A stretch of DNA of 40,015 nt from a virus, in IMG/VR virus record IMGVR_UViG_3300045988_093525, positions 1 to 40,015 of that record, one strand, 5' to 3'. The notes beneath the pieces are model-generated. The model was not told where the DNA came from. It searched no databases and saw only the letters and a program-made list of their open reading frames with translations. The number at the start of each line of letters is the position of its first letter. Position 1 is the first letter of the stretch. Positions 23,567-32,457 of this stretch are shown here, in pieces. The translations under genes were made by a program, and so were the position numbers.

Positions 23567-24520
23567 ATGCCAATTACATTAGCTGAAGCAAAACTTAACG
23601 TACAAGACGATTTACAAATGGGAGTTATTGATGAATTCCGTAAATCGTCTTTTTTATTTGAAAACTTAACATTTGATGATGCTGTATCTCCTACTGGCGG
23701 TGGCGGTACTTTAACCTATGGTTATACTCGATTATTAACACAACCAACTGCAGATTTCCGTGATATTAATGCTGAATACACACCTCAAAGTGTAACTCGT
23801 AAACGTCATACTGTTGATTTGAAAGTATTTGGCGGATCCTTTGAAATCGACCGTGTAATCGCAAAAATGGGCGGTATTGTTGATGAAGTAACATTACAAA
23901 TCGAGCAAAAGGTCAAGGCTGCAACTGCATTGTTTAATGACACAGTTATTAATGGCGATACTGGTACCAACGCTAAAGCATTTGATGGTTTAGACAAGGC
24001 GCTTTTAGGTTCTTCTACTGAATATACACCTACAGCAGCTATCGATTTGTCTGATAGTGGTGCTGTTGATGCAAACTACAAGACATTCTTAGACCAACTC
24101 GATGAATTCCTTTTAGGCTTGGATGGCGCACCATCTGCCATTATGGGTAACTCTAAATTGATTGCTAAAATTCGAGCAGTAGCTAGACGTTCTGCGATGT
24201 ACTCTACTCAATTAAATGAATTCGGACAACAAGTTGAATATTACGGCATTACACCATTAGTTGACCTTGGCACCAAAGCTGGTAGTAATGATCCTGTAGT
24301 AGGTATTAATGGTCAAGGTGAAACTTCTTTATATGTCGCACGCCTTGGCCTCGATGGTTTCCACGGCGTATCTCTTGCGGGCGATAATGTGGTTAACTTA
24401 TGGCTCCCTGACTTCACTTCTTCCGGAGCTGTAAAAAAAGGCGAGGTCGAAATGGTTGCCGCGGTTGCATTAAAAGCATCTAAAGCTGCAGGTGTATTCC
24501 GCAAAATTAAAGTTAAATAA
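23567..24520 (+). CDS. Major capsid protein
   Basis: 317 aa. Position after the scaffold gene, strong RBS, composition typical of capsid proteins. Confidence 0.8.
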   Translation: MPITLAEAKLNVQDDLQMGVIDEFRKSSFLFENLTFDDAVSPTGGGGTLTYGYTRLLTQPTADFRDINAEYTPQSVTRKRHTVDLKVFGGSFEIDRVIAKMGGIVDEVTLQIEQKVKAATALFNDTVINGDTGTNAKAFDGLDKALLGSSTEYTPTAAIDLSDSGAVDANYKTFLDQLDEFLLGLDGAPSAIMGNSKLIAKIRAVARRSAMYSTQLNEFGQQVEYYGITPLVDLGTKAGSNDPVVGINGQGETSLYVARLGLDGFHGVSLAGDNVVNLWLPDFTSSGAVKKGEVEMVAAVALKASKAAGVFRKIKVK

Positions 24521-24531
24521 GGAGGCCCAAT

Positions 24532-24780
24532 ATGCCGATTATAAAATCTCCAGTGTCTGATTATACAGGACAAACTGGCAATGTTACTTTTGTTAATGGT
24601 GAAGGATTTACTGAAGATGCTAATCATATTGCGTGGTTTGTAGAACATGGATATGAAATTGTAACGGAGGATACTGAACCACCTGCAGATACTGAACCAC
24701 CTGCAGATACTGAACCACCTGCAGATACTGAACCACCTGAAAAGCCTACAAAAGGCAGTAAAGGTGGTAGTAAAAAATAA
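24532..24780 (+). CDS. Small head-associated protein with a (DTEPPA)n tandem repeat
   Basis: 82 aa, AAGGAGG RBS, Lys-rich C-terminus. Confidence 0.65.
   Translation: MPIIKSPVSDYTGQTGNVTFVNGEGFTEDANHIAWFVEHGYEIVTEDTEPPADTEPPADTEPPADTEPPEKPTKGSKGGSKK
24670..24741 (+). repeat. 18-bp in-frame tandem repeat, 4 copies (gatactgaaccacctgca)
   Basis: Three perfect copies plus a fourth with one mismatch. They encode DTEPPA x3 followed by DTEPPE. Confidence 0.95.
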
Positions 24781-24786
24781 GCACCG

Positions 24787-25251
24787 GTGAATAGCCAGGA
24801 TATTTTCAACAAGCGTATTTGTCAGGCAGTAAAAGCGAGTACTATTGAAGTTCGAGATACTGCACAGGAAAAACATAGATTTACCTCGAGAACAGGGAAT
24901 TTAGAAAAGGCTGTTGATTATCGAATTTCTAATAGTGGAATGCAAGGGGTTGTATTTATTGATAGTGATGTCGCTAAATACGGCCCTTTTGTACATGCAG
25001 GGACACCAGCACATGTAATTCGGCCGCATTTTAAAAAGATATTGAGATTCGTACCACAAGGCGGTAATGGATTTATATTTGCTAGGAAAGTGGTTCACCC
25101 TGGGACTGCCCCAGATCCATTTTTGTATGAAGCGTTGCAGAATAATGTCTCAAATATTACTAGTATTTTTTCCAGATATACCGGTATTGCACTAGATGAT
25201 GTGGCACAAGGGCTAGTAAAAGATGAGATTACGCTAAGTTTTGAAATATAA
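24787..25251 (+). CDS. HK97 gp10-family head-tail joining protein
   Basis: 154 aa, GTG start. FTSRTGNLEKAV...VAKYGPFVHAGT fits the gp10-family pattern. Confidence 0.6.
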   Translation: MNSQDIFNKRICQAVKASTIEVRDTAQEKHRFTSRTGNLEKAVDYRISNSGMQGVVFIDSDVAKYGPFVHAGTPAHVIRPHFKKILRFVPQGGNGFIFARKVVHPGTAPDPFLYEALQNNVSNITSIFSRYTGIALDDVAQGLVKDEITLSFEI

Positions 25252-25261
25252 GGAGTACTGT

Positions 25262-25648
25262 ATGCTATATAATTTTGAAGATATGGCTGACCTACTAGGG
25301 GATGAATTGCTAACGCAAGAGGTAACAGAGACCGCTGTATCCAAAGCAGAACAATGGCTATATGTACTTGCGGATAGATTAGGTGTGTCAAAGGATAAAG
25401 TTATACGTAGTTTTACTATCGATGAATTAGTCCTTGCATATGTCTATCGAGAAGTCTGCGTTAATAAGTCGTATGCTTTACCAGGAAGTTACACGAGTAA
25501 TGGTTCGACGGATGACTTTTATTCTAAAAAATTAGAATACTATGAAGCTCGTATTAAATTATTGGAATCGCGAATAACACCAGAGCAGCTTACAGGTAAC
25601 CCTACAGAGTACAAAGGATATCGTTCTGTTGAAATCTATAGGGGGTAA
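25262..25648 (+). CDS. Head-tail connector/adaptor-like protein
   Basis: ATG 25262 after AAGGAG. 128 aa. The call rests on position only. Confidence 0.55.
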   Translation: MLYNFEDMADLLGDELLTQEVTETAVSKAEQWLYVLADRLGVSKDKVIRSFTIDELVLAYVYREVCVNKSYALPGSYTSNGSTDDFYSKKLEYYEARIKLLESRITPEQLTGNPTEYKGYRSVEIYRG

Positions 25649-25649
25649 T

Positions 25650-26126
25650 ATGTGGTTTGAGTTAATGAAACATATTAAAGATATCATTGTTAGCTCCGGA
25701 TATGATTTTAATGTTATATTAGGCGCTATGCGCCCACAGGCTGCTAAGATTGATAGTCATGGAGTTATTATGGTTATTCGAGGAGAAACGATGCCAGGAG
25801 ATAACTCTGTGCAATCTGAAATGCAACAGGAATTGTTTATTGAAGTTTGGGGACGGAATGATGACCCAGACCTATCAGTTGGATATGAACTAATAGCAAA
25901 TCTAGAAACAAAGCTTGAAAAAATCATGACTAAGCTGCGTGATGATTGTGGATGTTTAAATTCCAATATATGTATCTTGCAAGATAGCGGTTATCAAATC
26001 ATCGATATTAAATGTACAAGTAAAGTAGGCGACCATGATTCAGTACGGCCATTGATTGGCACACAGTACAGGTTTGTGGCTCGCCTTATTAATTTGAATG
26101 AAGAAACAAACGGAGGTATCTACTAA
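25650..26126 (+). CDS. Tail completion/terminator-like protein
   Basis: ATG 25650 lies 1 nt after the previous stop. 158 aa. It lies immediately upstream of the major tail gene. The call rests on position only. Confidence 0.55.
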   Translation: MWFELMKHIKDIIVSSGYDFNVILGAMRPQAAKIDSHGVIMVIRGETMPGDNSVQSEMQQELFIEVWGRNDDPDLSVGYELIANLETKLEKIMTKLRDDCGCLNSNICILQDSGYQIIDIKCTSKVGDHDSVRPLIGTQYRFVARLINLNEETNGGIY

Positions 26127-26599
26127 TGCCAGCTCAACCAGCTACAGCAAAAAAACTTTATAAACCGCAACAGGCTGCAATGCCTACTGCCGGTAAAAAT
26201 TATTTGATTTATGTTAATACTGGCACCGACGAAACAACAGGTGCTGAATGGCTTTTATTAGGCGGACAGCGTACAGGTGATGTATCTCGTAAGGCTGATA
26301 GCATCGATGCATCTCACAAAGGCACTAACGGTTGGAAGTCTACTATTCCAGGGCTTAAAGAGTGGTCCATTGGCCTTGAAACATTGCTTATGCCTAACGA
26401 AGAGTCATTGCAATTGTTAGAAAAAGCGTTCTTGAATGATGATCTTATCAACATCAAGATTGAATATCCTAATAAAGCCTACATGACAGGTATTTGCTCC
26501 ATTACAGAACTGTCTATGAATACACCACATGACGATGTGGCAACGTATAAAGGCAGTTTAAATGGCGTAGGTCCATTGTCCGAATTAAAACAACCATAA
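26126..26599 (+). CDS. Major tail (tube) protein
   Basis: 157 aa. It lies upstream of the chaperone pair and the tape measure, with size and composition typical of tube proteins. Confidence 0.7.
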   Translation: MPAQPATAKKLYKPQQAAMPTAGKNYLIYVNTGTDETTGAEWLLLGGQRTGDVSRKADSIDASHKGTNGWKSTIPGLKEWSIGLETLLMPNEESLQLLEKAFLNDDLINIKIEYPNKAYMTGICSITELSMNTPHDDVATYKGSLNGVGPLSELKQP

Positions 26600-26627
26600 T
26601 TTATAGTTAATTAAGGAGTGCGCACTC

Positions 26628-27017
26628 ATGAAAAAAATCACATGTGATGTATTTAATACTGGCGAAACAATTTATTTTACGATTGGTCGAATTGCTGAAC
26701 TTGAACAGTTATGGGGTGAACCTATTTTTAAAGCAGTTCAAGCTGGGGCAATGACATTCCAACAATTAATCACTGCATTTGTTGTCGGAATGAAGCACGA
26801 AGGTCGTAAACGCGATTATATTTACTACCAAGAAAAGCTACAACAATTATTCGATGAAGGCGAGGTTCAATATTTAGAACTTGTACAGTTAATTGTAAAA
26901 GCATTAATCGGTAGTGGTGTATTTGGTAAGGCTGCGTACTATGCATCATTTCCTGAAGAAGCTGACGAAAAAGCACAATCTGAGGTAGAAGCAGAGGAAG
27001 CAGAAGCAAAAAACTAG
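26628..27017 (+). CDS. Tail assembly chaperone (G-like, zero-frame product)
   Basis: 129 aa with an acidic C-terminus. It ends with a slippery heptamer and lies directly upstream of the tape measure. Confidence 0.8.
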   Translation: MKKITCDVFNTGETIYFTIGRIAELEQLWGEPIFKAVQAGAMTFQQLITAFVVGMKHEGRKRDYIYYQEKLQQLFDEGEVQYLELVQLIVKALIGSGVFGKAAYYASFPEEADEKAQSEVEAEEAEAKN

Positions 27018-27349
27018 AAGGGGGCTATACAGCCCCCTCTTTTAATTTATGGATAACAAAGGCCGAGCGTATGGCGTATGGTCCACTCAATTTGAAGCCT
27101 TGGGAGTTTATGAAACTAAGCCCTATGGAATATTACAAACTGGTGGAAGGGTACGAATTGCGAATGGAGATTGAGGACCGCAGACAGGCTTATTTTACAT
27201 GTATAATGACGAATGTTCATATTGCTGGCAATAAGCGATTGAAAGTCGAGGACATCATGAAGCAATTACACCCTATGACCTTGGCACAACGCAAGACGGA
27301 GGAAAAGTTATTCATGGAAGAATTCAGACAGGCGGGAGGTGAGATATAA
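26628..27349 (+). CDS. Tail assembly chaperone GT-like fusion produced by a -1 programmed frameshift at 27008-27014
   Basis: After a -1 slip on A_AAA_AAC, the reading frame from 27014 (cta gaa ggg ggc tat aca gcc ccc tct ttt aat tta tgg ata aca aag gcc gag cgt ATG...) is open. It is in phase with track ORF 27071-27349 (27071-27014=57). Confidence 0.7.
27008..27038 (+). promoter_or_regulatory. -1 frameshift signal: slippery A_AAA_AAC plus a GC-rich stem-loop
   Basis: The heptamer at 27008-27014 is in X_XXY_YYZ phase with the zero frame. After a 4-nt spacer comes an 8-bp stem AGGGGGCT (27019-26) / AGCCCCCT (27031-38) with a 4-nt loop. Confidence 0.7.
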
Positions 27350-27353
27350 GAAA

Positions 27354-30300
27354 ATGGCAGATTCACAAATCAATGTTCGCATAGTTGGTTCATCTAGTGG
27401 TGCGGAACAAGCACTTGATAGGGTGGCTAAGAAAGCGGAAAATGCACTAGGAAAAGACGTTACTGCTTCAATGGAAGCTGTTAAAAGTAAAGCACAGAAA
27501 ATCTTCGGAGTAGAAATTCCTAGTATCATGAACGCTGCCAAAAGTGGTGCTGCATTTGGTGCTGCAGCAATAGGGATTGAAGCTGCAGGGCGAGCCATGA
27601 AAGATATGGCAGTTAGTGCTATTCAAACCACCGACCAACTTACACAGATTAGGGCACGTATCAATCTAATTAATGACGGCAGTCAGTCTACTGCTGAAAT
27701 TATGGACAAGATTTATAGCGCAGCTAACCGTTCTCGTGGTAGCTATTTAGATATGGCCGACAGTGTGGCTAAGTTGAACATGCTTGCAAAAGACGCTTTT
27801 TCATCTAATGACGAAGCAATCTATTTTGTTGAACAGTTGAATAAGCAGTTCAAGATCTCCGGTGCTAGCGTTGAAGAAACAACATCAGCTATGTACCAGT
27901 TAACGCAAGCAATGGCAGCTGGTAAGCTACAAGGGGACGAATTCCACTCAATTATGGAAAATGCTCCGATGTTGGCACAATCTATTGCCAGTGAAATGGG
28001 CTTGACTGTAGGTCAATTGAAGGAAATGAGTTCGCAAGGGCTCATTACTGCTGACATTATCAAGGAAGCCCTATTCAATAGTGCAGAAGAAACAAACGCT
28101 AAGTTTGCAGAAATTCCTATGACGTTCCAAGATATAGGAACGCAAGTTCAGAACGAATTAATAGCTGCATTTCAACCAGCTATGGAAGAAATAAGCAACA
28201 TGACAAGTTCGGGTGTATTAAACGATGCACTTGCTGGGTTGTCTATTGCCTTTCGTTTGGTTGGCACTGCTGCACAAGCAGCCATTATTACTGTAAGGGG
28301 TGCATTTAGTGCGTTATCAGTTGTAATTGGTACAGCTAAGAATATTGTTACGAGCTTTGCGAACCTGTTTAGAACCGCCATGCCAGGGGTTGCCACTGCC
28401 ATTGTAGGTGTTACCACTGCATTTATTACTTATAAAGCGACAGTCGCATTATGTAGCGCTCAAACTGCTGCATTGACTGTAAAAACCGTAGCGTTGAAAA
28501 CGGCACAAGTAGCCTCTGCAATTGCAACTAGGGCTTATGCGGTAGCAATGACTGTTGTTAAAGTAGCCGTTCAAGGAACTATCTTGTCAATAGGCGCATT
28601 GACTTTGGGGACAACTGTCCTCAAATCGTTATTTCTAGCATTAAGAAGTAGTACATTAGCTGCAGCTACTGCTCAGCGTGTATTAAATGTTGTAATGAAA
28701 GCGAACCCAGTTGGAATATTAATATCCGTCATAATGACTTTGGTCGGTGTGTTTGCGACAGCAGCAGCGGCCTCTAATGGGTTCGGCAATACGTTGGCCT
28801 CAGTATTCTCTACAATTGTTCATACGGCCGTTTGGGGCGTGAATAAGATTATAGAGGCCCTTAACTGGTTAATTAACAAACTCAACAGTGTAGGTGATAA
28901 AGTCGCAAAATTCTTTGGCACATCTTTTACCGCTATTCAACAAGTTGATACAATCAGTGCTGAAACGGCACAAGATATTGTAAATACTGGCGTTAATATG
29001 GCTTCACAAATAACACAAGGGTTATCCGGTGGCGGTGATACAGGCCTAGATGTTGGCGGTGGTGGCGGAGATGATGGCGGTTCTGCTGACACCGGTAAAG
29101 GTGGAAAAGGTGGCGGAGGTGGTAAAGGCCACTCCGGAAAGGATCTTGCAAAAGAGGCCAAAGAGGTCCACGAAAAAATCTTGCAATCGTTCTTGGAAAT
29201 GCAAGGCAATCAAGTCGAACTAATCGAATTGCAATACAAAAAGGAACTCGATGAGCTCAATAAATCAAAGAGTGCTAACGTTAATTATCAAGAAGATTTA
29301 AAGAACCTTAACGATGTTTATGCGGATAAACGTATCAAGGCTAAGCAAGAGGAATTTACAAAACTTCGAGCTATTGAAACTGGTATTCGTGATATGCAAC
29401 AAGACTTTGCGTTTAAAACTTCAAGCAAAGATAGTACAGGCAGTGTATCTCCTGCCGTGCAGTTGGCAACAGATTATGCCAACGCCATTGATGAAGTCGA
29501 GGACCGCTATGCAGAAATGGTTGATAAGTTCATGAAAATGGACAAAATGGAGCAACAACATCATATTGATCTGTTAAAACAACGAGGTGTTGAATTCGAA
29601 ATGAGTGCTGACGGACAAATTTCCTACGAGAAAATGAAAAACGAGGAGTTGTTAGCGGCACAAGATGAGTATGCTAAAAAGACGTTGCAACAACATACCG
29701 AGTTGGCAAACGAGAAATATGCTATTGATGAGGCTATGCGTACTCAAAACTTTGAGGCACTTCAAGCTGCATTGACAGATGAGTACATTGCAGAACAACA
29801 GCACTACGACTTAAAAAAACAGCTTCTCGAGGAGTGGAAAGAAGCAGTATTCGATGCTCATTGGAATGGACAACAAGTTATGTTTGATGCTGCACAAGCA
29901 GGCTTGGATAGTTTTCAAAATTCTATTTCAGGGCTTATTCAAGGCACAACAACTCTTATGCAAACGTTCCAAAATCTCGGCAAAGCCATTCTTAAAACTA
30001 TTGCTGATAGTGTGGCTCAATGGATAGCCGGACAAATTAAACAAGCCGTATTCGGCAAAATGTTGGCAGCGCAACAGGCTGCAACTGGTATTGCTACAGC
30101 TAACGCTCAATACCCAGCATGGGCTGCCTTAGCTCAACAAGTATCTATGGCAACAGGTGGCGCTAGTGCTATCGCTGGTATGGCTGCATGGAGTGCTAAC
30201 ACGGCAGCTGGTGCAGCTCAAACAGCTACACAAAGTACGTTCTCCGGTATGTTTAATTCCGGTTCAAGTGGATTCAGTAGTAATCTATCTTTGCCTAAAC

Positions 30301-30578
30301 TGGCAAGCGGTGGTGTGGCTTATGGCTCGACATATGCTGAAATTGGCGAAGGTAAGTATAAAGAAGCTGTATTACCTTTGAGCGAAAGTACATACGATGA
30401 AATTGGTGGCGGTATAGCTCGTGCCAATGGTGGCGGTGCTGGTAGTATTACGTTTAACGTATCTGCTATGGACGCTCAATCGTTTGGAACATGGCTCGAA
30501 AACTCCGCAGGACGCTCGCTAAGACAGTTTTTAGTTAACCAGGATAGGGAATTTATAGCAACGGAGGGGACGTGGTAG
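27354..30578 (+). CDS. Tail tape measure protein
   Basis: About 1075 aa. It is Ala/Gln-rich and alpha-helical, with a central hydrophobic segment cluster and a Gly-rich tract. It follows the G/GT chaperone. The start is ATG 27354 (or GTG 27339). Confidence 0.92.
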   Translation: MADSQINVRIVGSSSGAEQALDRVAKKAENALGKDVTASMEAVKSKAQKIFGVEIPSIMNAAKSGAAFGAAAIGIEAAGRAMKDMAVSAIQTTDQLTQIRARINLINDGSQSTAEIMDKIYSAANRSRGSYLDMADSVAKLNMLAKDAFSSNDEAIYFVEQLNKQFKISGASVEETTSAMYQLTQAMAAGKLQGDEFHSIMENAPMLAQSIASEMGLTVGQLKEMSSQGLITADIIKEALFNSAEETNAKFAEIPMTFQDIGTQVQNELIAAFQPAMEEISNMTSSGVLNDALAGLSIAFRLVGTAAQAAIITVRGAFSALSVVIGTAKNIVTSFANLFRTAMPGVATAIVGVTTAFITYKATVALCSAQTAALTVKTVALKTAQVASAIATRAYAVAMTVVKVAVQGTILSIGALTLGTTVLKSLFLALRSSTLAAATAQRVLNVVMKANPVGILISVIMTLVGVFATAAAASNGFGNTLASVFSTIVHTAVWGVNKIIEALNWLINKLNSVGDKVAKFFGTSFTAIQQVDTISAETAQDIVNTGVNMASQITQGLSGGGDTGLDVGGGGGDDGGSADTGKGGKGGGGGKGHSGKDLAKEAKEVHEKILQSFLEMQGNQVELIELQYKKELDELNKSKSANVNYQEDLKNLNDVYADKRIKAKQEEFTKLRAIETGIRDMQQDFAFKTSSKDSTGSVSPAVQLATDYANAIDEVEDRYAEMVDKFMKMDKMEQQHHIDLLKQRGVEFEMSADGQISYEKMKNEELLAAQDEYAKKTLQQHTELANEKYAIDEAMRTQNFEALQAALTDEYIAEQQHYDLKKQLLEEWKEAVFDAHWNGQQVMFDAAQAGLDSFQNSISGLIQGTTTLMQTFQNLGKAILKTIADSVAQWIAGQIKQAVFGKMLAAQQAATGIATANAQYPAWAALAQQVSMATGGASAIAGMAAWSANTAAGAAQTATQSTFSGMFNSGSSGFSSNLSLPKLASGGVAYGSTYAEIGEGKYKEAVLPLSESTYDEIGGGIARANGGGAGSITFNVSAMDAQSFGTWLENSAGRSLRQFLVNQDREFIATEGTW

Positions 30579-30579
30579 C

Positions 30580-31146
30580 ATGGCAGATTTAATTAAATTT
30601 CCTGATATCAAATCCCTTGCGTGGAAGTCTACGAAGGCTCAAAAATGGGATACTAAAATAAAGCGTACTGGGAGCGGTCGGGTGCGTACCATGACAACGT
30701 GGCAGTATCCGCAATATACAATTACTACTGAATTTGCAATATTAACTCCAGAGGAGCATAAGCAAATCATGGGGTTCTATGCAAAAGTAAAAGGCGGTAC
30801 AGTTCCTTTTCTATGGTTAGATCCAGAAGATTTTGAGGAAAAGGGCGTTCGTTTAGGTACTGGGGCTCAATCTGAATGGCAAGCAGTTCGTTTGTATGGT
30901 GATTTCAGGGAACCGGTAGCACATATCGAAAACCTAAAATTATATGCTAATGGGACACCGATAAATGCTGTATCTAATAATGGCGTAATTCGGTTAGCGC
31001 AAGGGGTAACAGTAGCACCTACTGCGATTATTACTGCTGACTATACATATTATTGGAAGGTAATGTTCAGCGGTGATTATACGGACGAAATTATTTATAA
31101 AGACATATTCAAGTCTAAGTCTTTTAAATTGGTAACAGTGAGGTGA
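30580..31146 (+). CDS. Distal tail protein, DUF2460 / RcGTA g12-like
   Basis: 188 aa immediately after the tape measure. It is the first gene of a four-gene arrangement matching GTA g12-g15. Confidence 0.5.
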   Translation: MADLIKFPDIKSLAWKSTKAQKWDTKIKRTGSGRVRTMTTWQYPQYTITTEFAILTPEEHKQIMGFYAKVKGGTVPFLWLDPEDFEEKGVRLGTGAQSEWQAVRLYGDFREPVAHIENLKLYANGTPINAVSNNGVIRLAQGVTVAPTAIITADYTYYWKVMFSGDYTDEIIYKDIFKSKSFKLVTVR

Positions 31147-31150
31147 GTAA

Positions 31151-32002
31151 ATGAAGGAAGTCGGACAGATTTTAAGCAATCATTTAAGCACATCTCAATC
31201 ATTCTTGTCATGTGATTTGTACGAGTTAAAACTAAAAAGCGGTATCAGCTATTACTGGGCCGATACCGATACAGATGTAAATTATGGGGGCCACACTTAT
31301 AAAGGTGATGGCCCTATTATTACGCGTGAAAAAATAGCTACGAACAGTACAGTCAGCGTTGATAAATTAAGCGTAGCCATTACTGCTAGTCAAAACGACC
31401 AAATTGGTGGTGTGCCTGTATTGGAAGTCGCTCATAATGGTGGGTTAGACGGCGCAACGCTTGATCTTCACCGTGCATTTTTTGACGATGCTGGCAAGGT
31501 GATTGAGTGCATTGACTTATTCCATGGAATTTGCGAAGTAACGCAGGGCGGTGGGTTTATATTAAAAATTAGTGCAAAATCAGTTGTGCAAAAGCTCAAT
31601 ATCGAATATCCGAACAGAAGATATTATCCTCAATGCCCTTATAGTATTTACTCGAAGGAGTGCGGTGTCGATATTAAGGCTTATCGCAAGAAAGCAAAAG
31701 TAACGGCTGTTACTGGTACCAATACCGTGCAAATCGATATACCATTTGAGGACGGCTATTATACAGCAGGTGGAATGGAATGGATAAGCGGACCATTAGC
31801 AGGGCAAGCAACGCAAATTATGGATAGTAAAAATAGCACTATTATTTATATGAGTGCTACAAACACATCACCTCGTATTGGTGACGTAGCATATATCTAT
31901 CCAGGGTGCGATAAAACACCGACTACTTGTAAGAATAAATTCAATAATTTTAGTCGGAATAGGGCAACACCTTATGTTCCTTTAAAGGAGACGATACGAT
32001 GA
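31151..32002 (+). CDS. DUF2163 / phage BR0599-family tail protein (RcGTA g13-like)
   Basis: 283 aa. The C-terminal YPGCDKTPTTCKNKFNNFSRNRATPYVP matches the conserved C-x-K-x4-C...F-N-N...F-x-G/A-x-P motif of this family. Confidence 0.6.
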   Translation: MKEVGQILSNHLSTSQSFLSCDLYELKLKSGISYYWADTDTDVNYGGHTYKGDGPIITREKIATNSTVSVDKLSVAITASQNDQIGGVPVLEVAHNGGLDGATLDLHRAFFDDAGKVIECIDLFHGICEVTQGGGFILKISAKSVVQKLNIEYPNRRYYPQCPYSIYSKECGVDIKAYRKKAKVTAVTGTNTVQIDIPFEDGYYTAGGMEWISGPLAGQATQIMDSKNSTIIYMSATNTSPRIGDVAYIYPGCDKTPTTCKNKFNNFSRNRATPYVPLKETIR

Positions 32003-32457
32003 AATTAACAACAGGTGAACGTATAGCAAACTCTGCATGTGAATGGCTAGGCACTCCGTATCAAAATAACGCTATGGTGAAAGGTAAAGGGGTAGACTGC
32101 TCATATTTATTAGTGGCTGCAGTTGTTGATAGTGGCCTAATGAATATCGCAGATTTCAATATCGAAAACTATTCCAATGAATGGCATTTACATCGTTCAG
32201 AAGAAAAGTACCTGAAATATGTCAAACAAGTAGCGGACGAGGTGCCATTTGATGATCTTCGTATCGGTGATTTCTTACTATACCAATATGGCAGATGCAT
32301 TTCTCATGGCGCTATTTATATTGGAAACAATCTAGTAATTCATGCGTTCGTTGACTTGGGCGTTATTCTTTCGTCGATTGATGATGTATTATTTTATGAC
32401 GCAAAAGGAAAAAGTCGCTTACGTGCTGTATATCGTTTCAGGAAAGGTGGCAAATAA
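31999..32457 (+). CDS. NlpC/P60 (C40) family peptidase, tail-associated
   Basis: 152 aa. Catalytic Cys context GKGVDCSYLL and downstream His (CISHGAIYIG). Confidence 0.75.
   Translation: MKLTTGERIANSACEWLGTPYQNNAMVKGKGVDCSYLLVAAVVDSGLMNIADFNIENYSNEWHLHRSEEKYLKYVKQVADEVPFDDLRIGDFLLYQYGRCISHGAIYIGNNLVIHAFVDLGVILSSIDDVLFYDAKGKSRLRAVYRFRKGGK

Noticed and set aside
24313-24876. 187-aa minus-strand ORF spanning the capsid 3' end, the 82-aa gene and the gp10-family start
   Set aside because: It is antisense to three well-supported + strand genes. Its low-complexity RWFSIC repeats are just the reverse complement of the DTEPPA tandem repeat. It has no RBS.
27019-27045. GC-rich hairpin plus T-rich tail first read as a plain intrinsic terminator splitting the tail operon
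   Set aside because: It lies 4 nt after an in-phase A_AAA_AAC heptamer, with an open -1 frame joining the two chaperone ORFs. It is better explained as a frameshift-stimulating structure. A dual role is not excluded.
28937-29209. 90-aa Pro-rich minus-strand ORF
   Set aside because: It is the mirror image of the Gly-rich tract of the tape measure gene (GGN codons read as NCC), so it is a compositional artefact.
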